Source: Priapulus caudatus (lineage: Eukaryota). Taken from it: a DNA stretch of 51,443 nt. Below are positions 49,739 through 51,443 of this stretch, piece by piece. Below the pieces are notes generated by a model that saw only the letters and a list, made by a program, of their open reading frames with translations, searched no databases and had not been told where the DNA came from. The position numbers and the translations under genes are program-made. Positions within the stretch are counted from its first letter, which is position 1. Each line of letters opens with the position of its first letter. Where the stretch lies: contig NW_014577062.1 in the NCBI RefSeq assembly GCF_000485595.1, positions 281,212-332,654 of the forward strand, in the 5' to 3' direction.

Positions 49739-49795
49739 TGTGTTGTGGTGTGTGTGGTGTGTGTGTGTGTGTGTGCGTGTGTGCGTGCGTGTACG
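49686..49795. repeat. (GT)n microsatellite just downstream of the exon donor
   Basis: Seen directly. Confidence 0.95.
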
Positions 49796-50243
49796 TGAGC
49801 TCCCACCCGTTCAAAATACCAGCGGCGACGTACCCCAACTACCCATATCGATACACAGAAATATGCGACACACTTACACAAGCAGGCACGCATGCACACG
49901 CACAGGTAAAGATCTTTATCCTCTTCCCACACGCGCAGACTGAGACCTGCATATATATATATATACAAAGATTCTGTGACAGATTCAAGCGCCAGGCGCA
50001 ATCAACGAAACGGCTTCCGATCTAATTTCATCCTCTTTTGAAACGATCCGCAAAGTCATGCCTTTAAGAACGCTCCTCAGATGCGAGTGCCTTTGATCAA
50101 ATGAAGGAAGGAAGCGCGTAATACCCGATAACTCTCTTTTCAAATCAACGCGCGAAATTGCCGTCTAATGACACATTCAAAAACGAAAAATTTGTTATTT
50201 CTGCATCGTTGAACCTGAATGTGCATGACGCAAGAGGACTCTC

Positions 50244-50628
50244 CACACACACACACACAACACACACACACACACAACACACCGCACGCACGCACCAACG
50301 CGGCCGCACGCACGCACGCACGCACGCACGGCACGAGCGCGCGCGCGAGCGGCGACAACACGCACACCGCGCGCACACGCACCACGCACACGCACACGCA
50401 CACGCACACGCACACGCACACGCACACGCACAGGGCCACAGCGCAACCGACGCACACGCAGCACGCACAACGCACACCACACCACACGCACACGGAAAGG
50501 ACAAGGTAACAGGACGCACACGCCCACAACACAGCCGCGACAGCACGCCCAGTGCAACGCCGCGGCACGAAACCACTGCACGCGACCACGCACGCCCGAC
50601 GTGCACCGCACCACGCACCCGGCCGCGA

Positions 50629-50676
<48 letters not shown>

Positions 50677-50730
50677 GCACGCACGTACGCAAACACACAC
50701 ACACACACACACTCGCGCGCGCACACACGA
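50244..50730. repeat. Degenerate (CA)n/(CGCA)n/(CACACG)n block
   Basis: Seen directly. Confidence 0.9.
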
Positions 50731-51359
50731 CCGCTTTGCGGATTGACAATAATGCATGAGACAGTTGCGACTTAAGCATGCAGCGCCATCTATAGGCAGT
50801 ATCCTATAACACTTGCACTACTAGATTGAGCGCGTCCAAAGGGCTAACCGTCGACATTGTACACGTCGCTAGTCGCACGCGAGCGTTTAAACGTGCGAGA
50901 GATGGCGCGACGATAGATTCAAGAGATATAGAGTAATCGATTTTGAGCCGAGCGACAATATTTCCAAGAAACAATTTCGTTGTAGCTGACAGACAACTAT
51001 TGATATGACTAGGTCGATGACGGTGGCGATTAGGAAGATATGCTGGACGAGCTGGTAGATGATAAGATTGAGATAAATGAGCGCAGTTAACGTTACGCTT
51101 GATATTACCAAGGCACATGTGTTGAGATGTAACACCCATGTATTACCCGGCATTCAACTAATTCTGTTCCTTTTAAGCTAATAAATTATGTTCCTGGTTC
51201 AATCATGCTTGTTCACGGGATGATTACACCATAATACCCGTGCGCGGCCAAGCGATATTTAGCGCCATCTCGCGGATGTCGCGGATTGTATGTGACCGAG
51301 ATGCACTAGCCGGTAAATCCCTAAAAACCAGTGGAAGATGTTTAGAGCTATTATGATTA

Positions 51360-51443
51360 CAGGGGCGGCGCGTACGGGGGGCCGGGGGGCCCGGCCCCCC
51401 ACTTTTTTGGCAGAAAATATATGTCTATATGTATTTTGTATGA
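51360..51443. mobile_element. 5' end of a probable hAT-like MITE (CAGGGGCGGCGCGTACGGGGGGCCGGGGGGCCCGGCCCCCC), truncated by the window edge
   Basis: CAGGGGCG start followed by a G/C-run hairpin, the same architecture as the element at 10452. The other end lies outside the window. Confidence 0.5.

Overview
Eukaryotic (animal, most likely invertebrate) draft-assembly sequence with five N-gaps, dense microsatellites and minisatellites, abundant CpG, and many non-autonomous DNA-transposon relics. No prokaryotic features, rRNA, tRNA or CRISPR were seen, and almost every ORF in the track is a by-product of repeats. The best gene signal is a + strand gene of unrecognised family. It has a candidate first coding exon at 4512-4545 (MSKTIMTVPYE, donor AG|GTGAGT), a candidate exon at 45757-45895, and a well-formed internal exon at 49379-49667 whose phase-1 acceptor is compatible with exon 1. 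Most of the window would therefore be one ~41-45 kb intron. Mobile elements recognisable from their termini include: a foldback element carrying TTAGGG repeats (626-811), a pogo/Tigger transposase start relic (1013-1111), a PIF/Harbinger MITE with TAA TSD (9962-10377), a near-perfect 646-bp palindrome (28438-29083) next to an AT-flanked ISL2EU-like MITE (29207-29730), a Helentron-associated element nested in a TTAA-flanked Kolobok-like element (34072-36351), a possible solo LTR (21189-21785), and a 23-bp TIR-only element with a perfect 7-bp TSD (47258-47280) that has a sister copy at 2658-2717. I found no convincing new protein-coding system. The most unusual observations concern transposon architecture and potential RNA structure.
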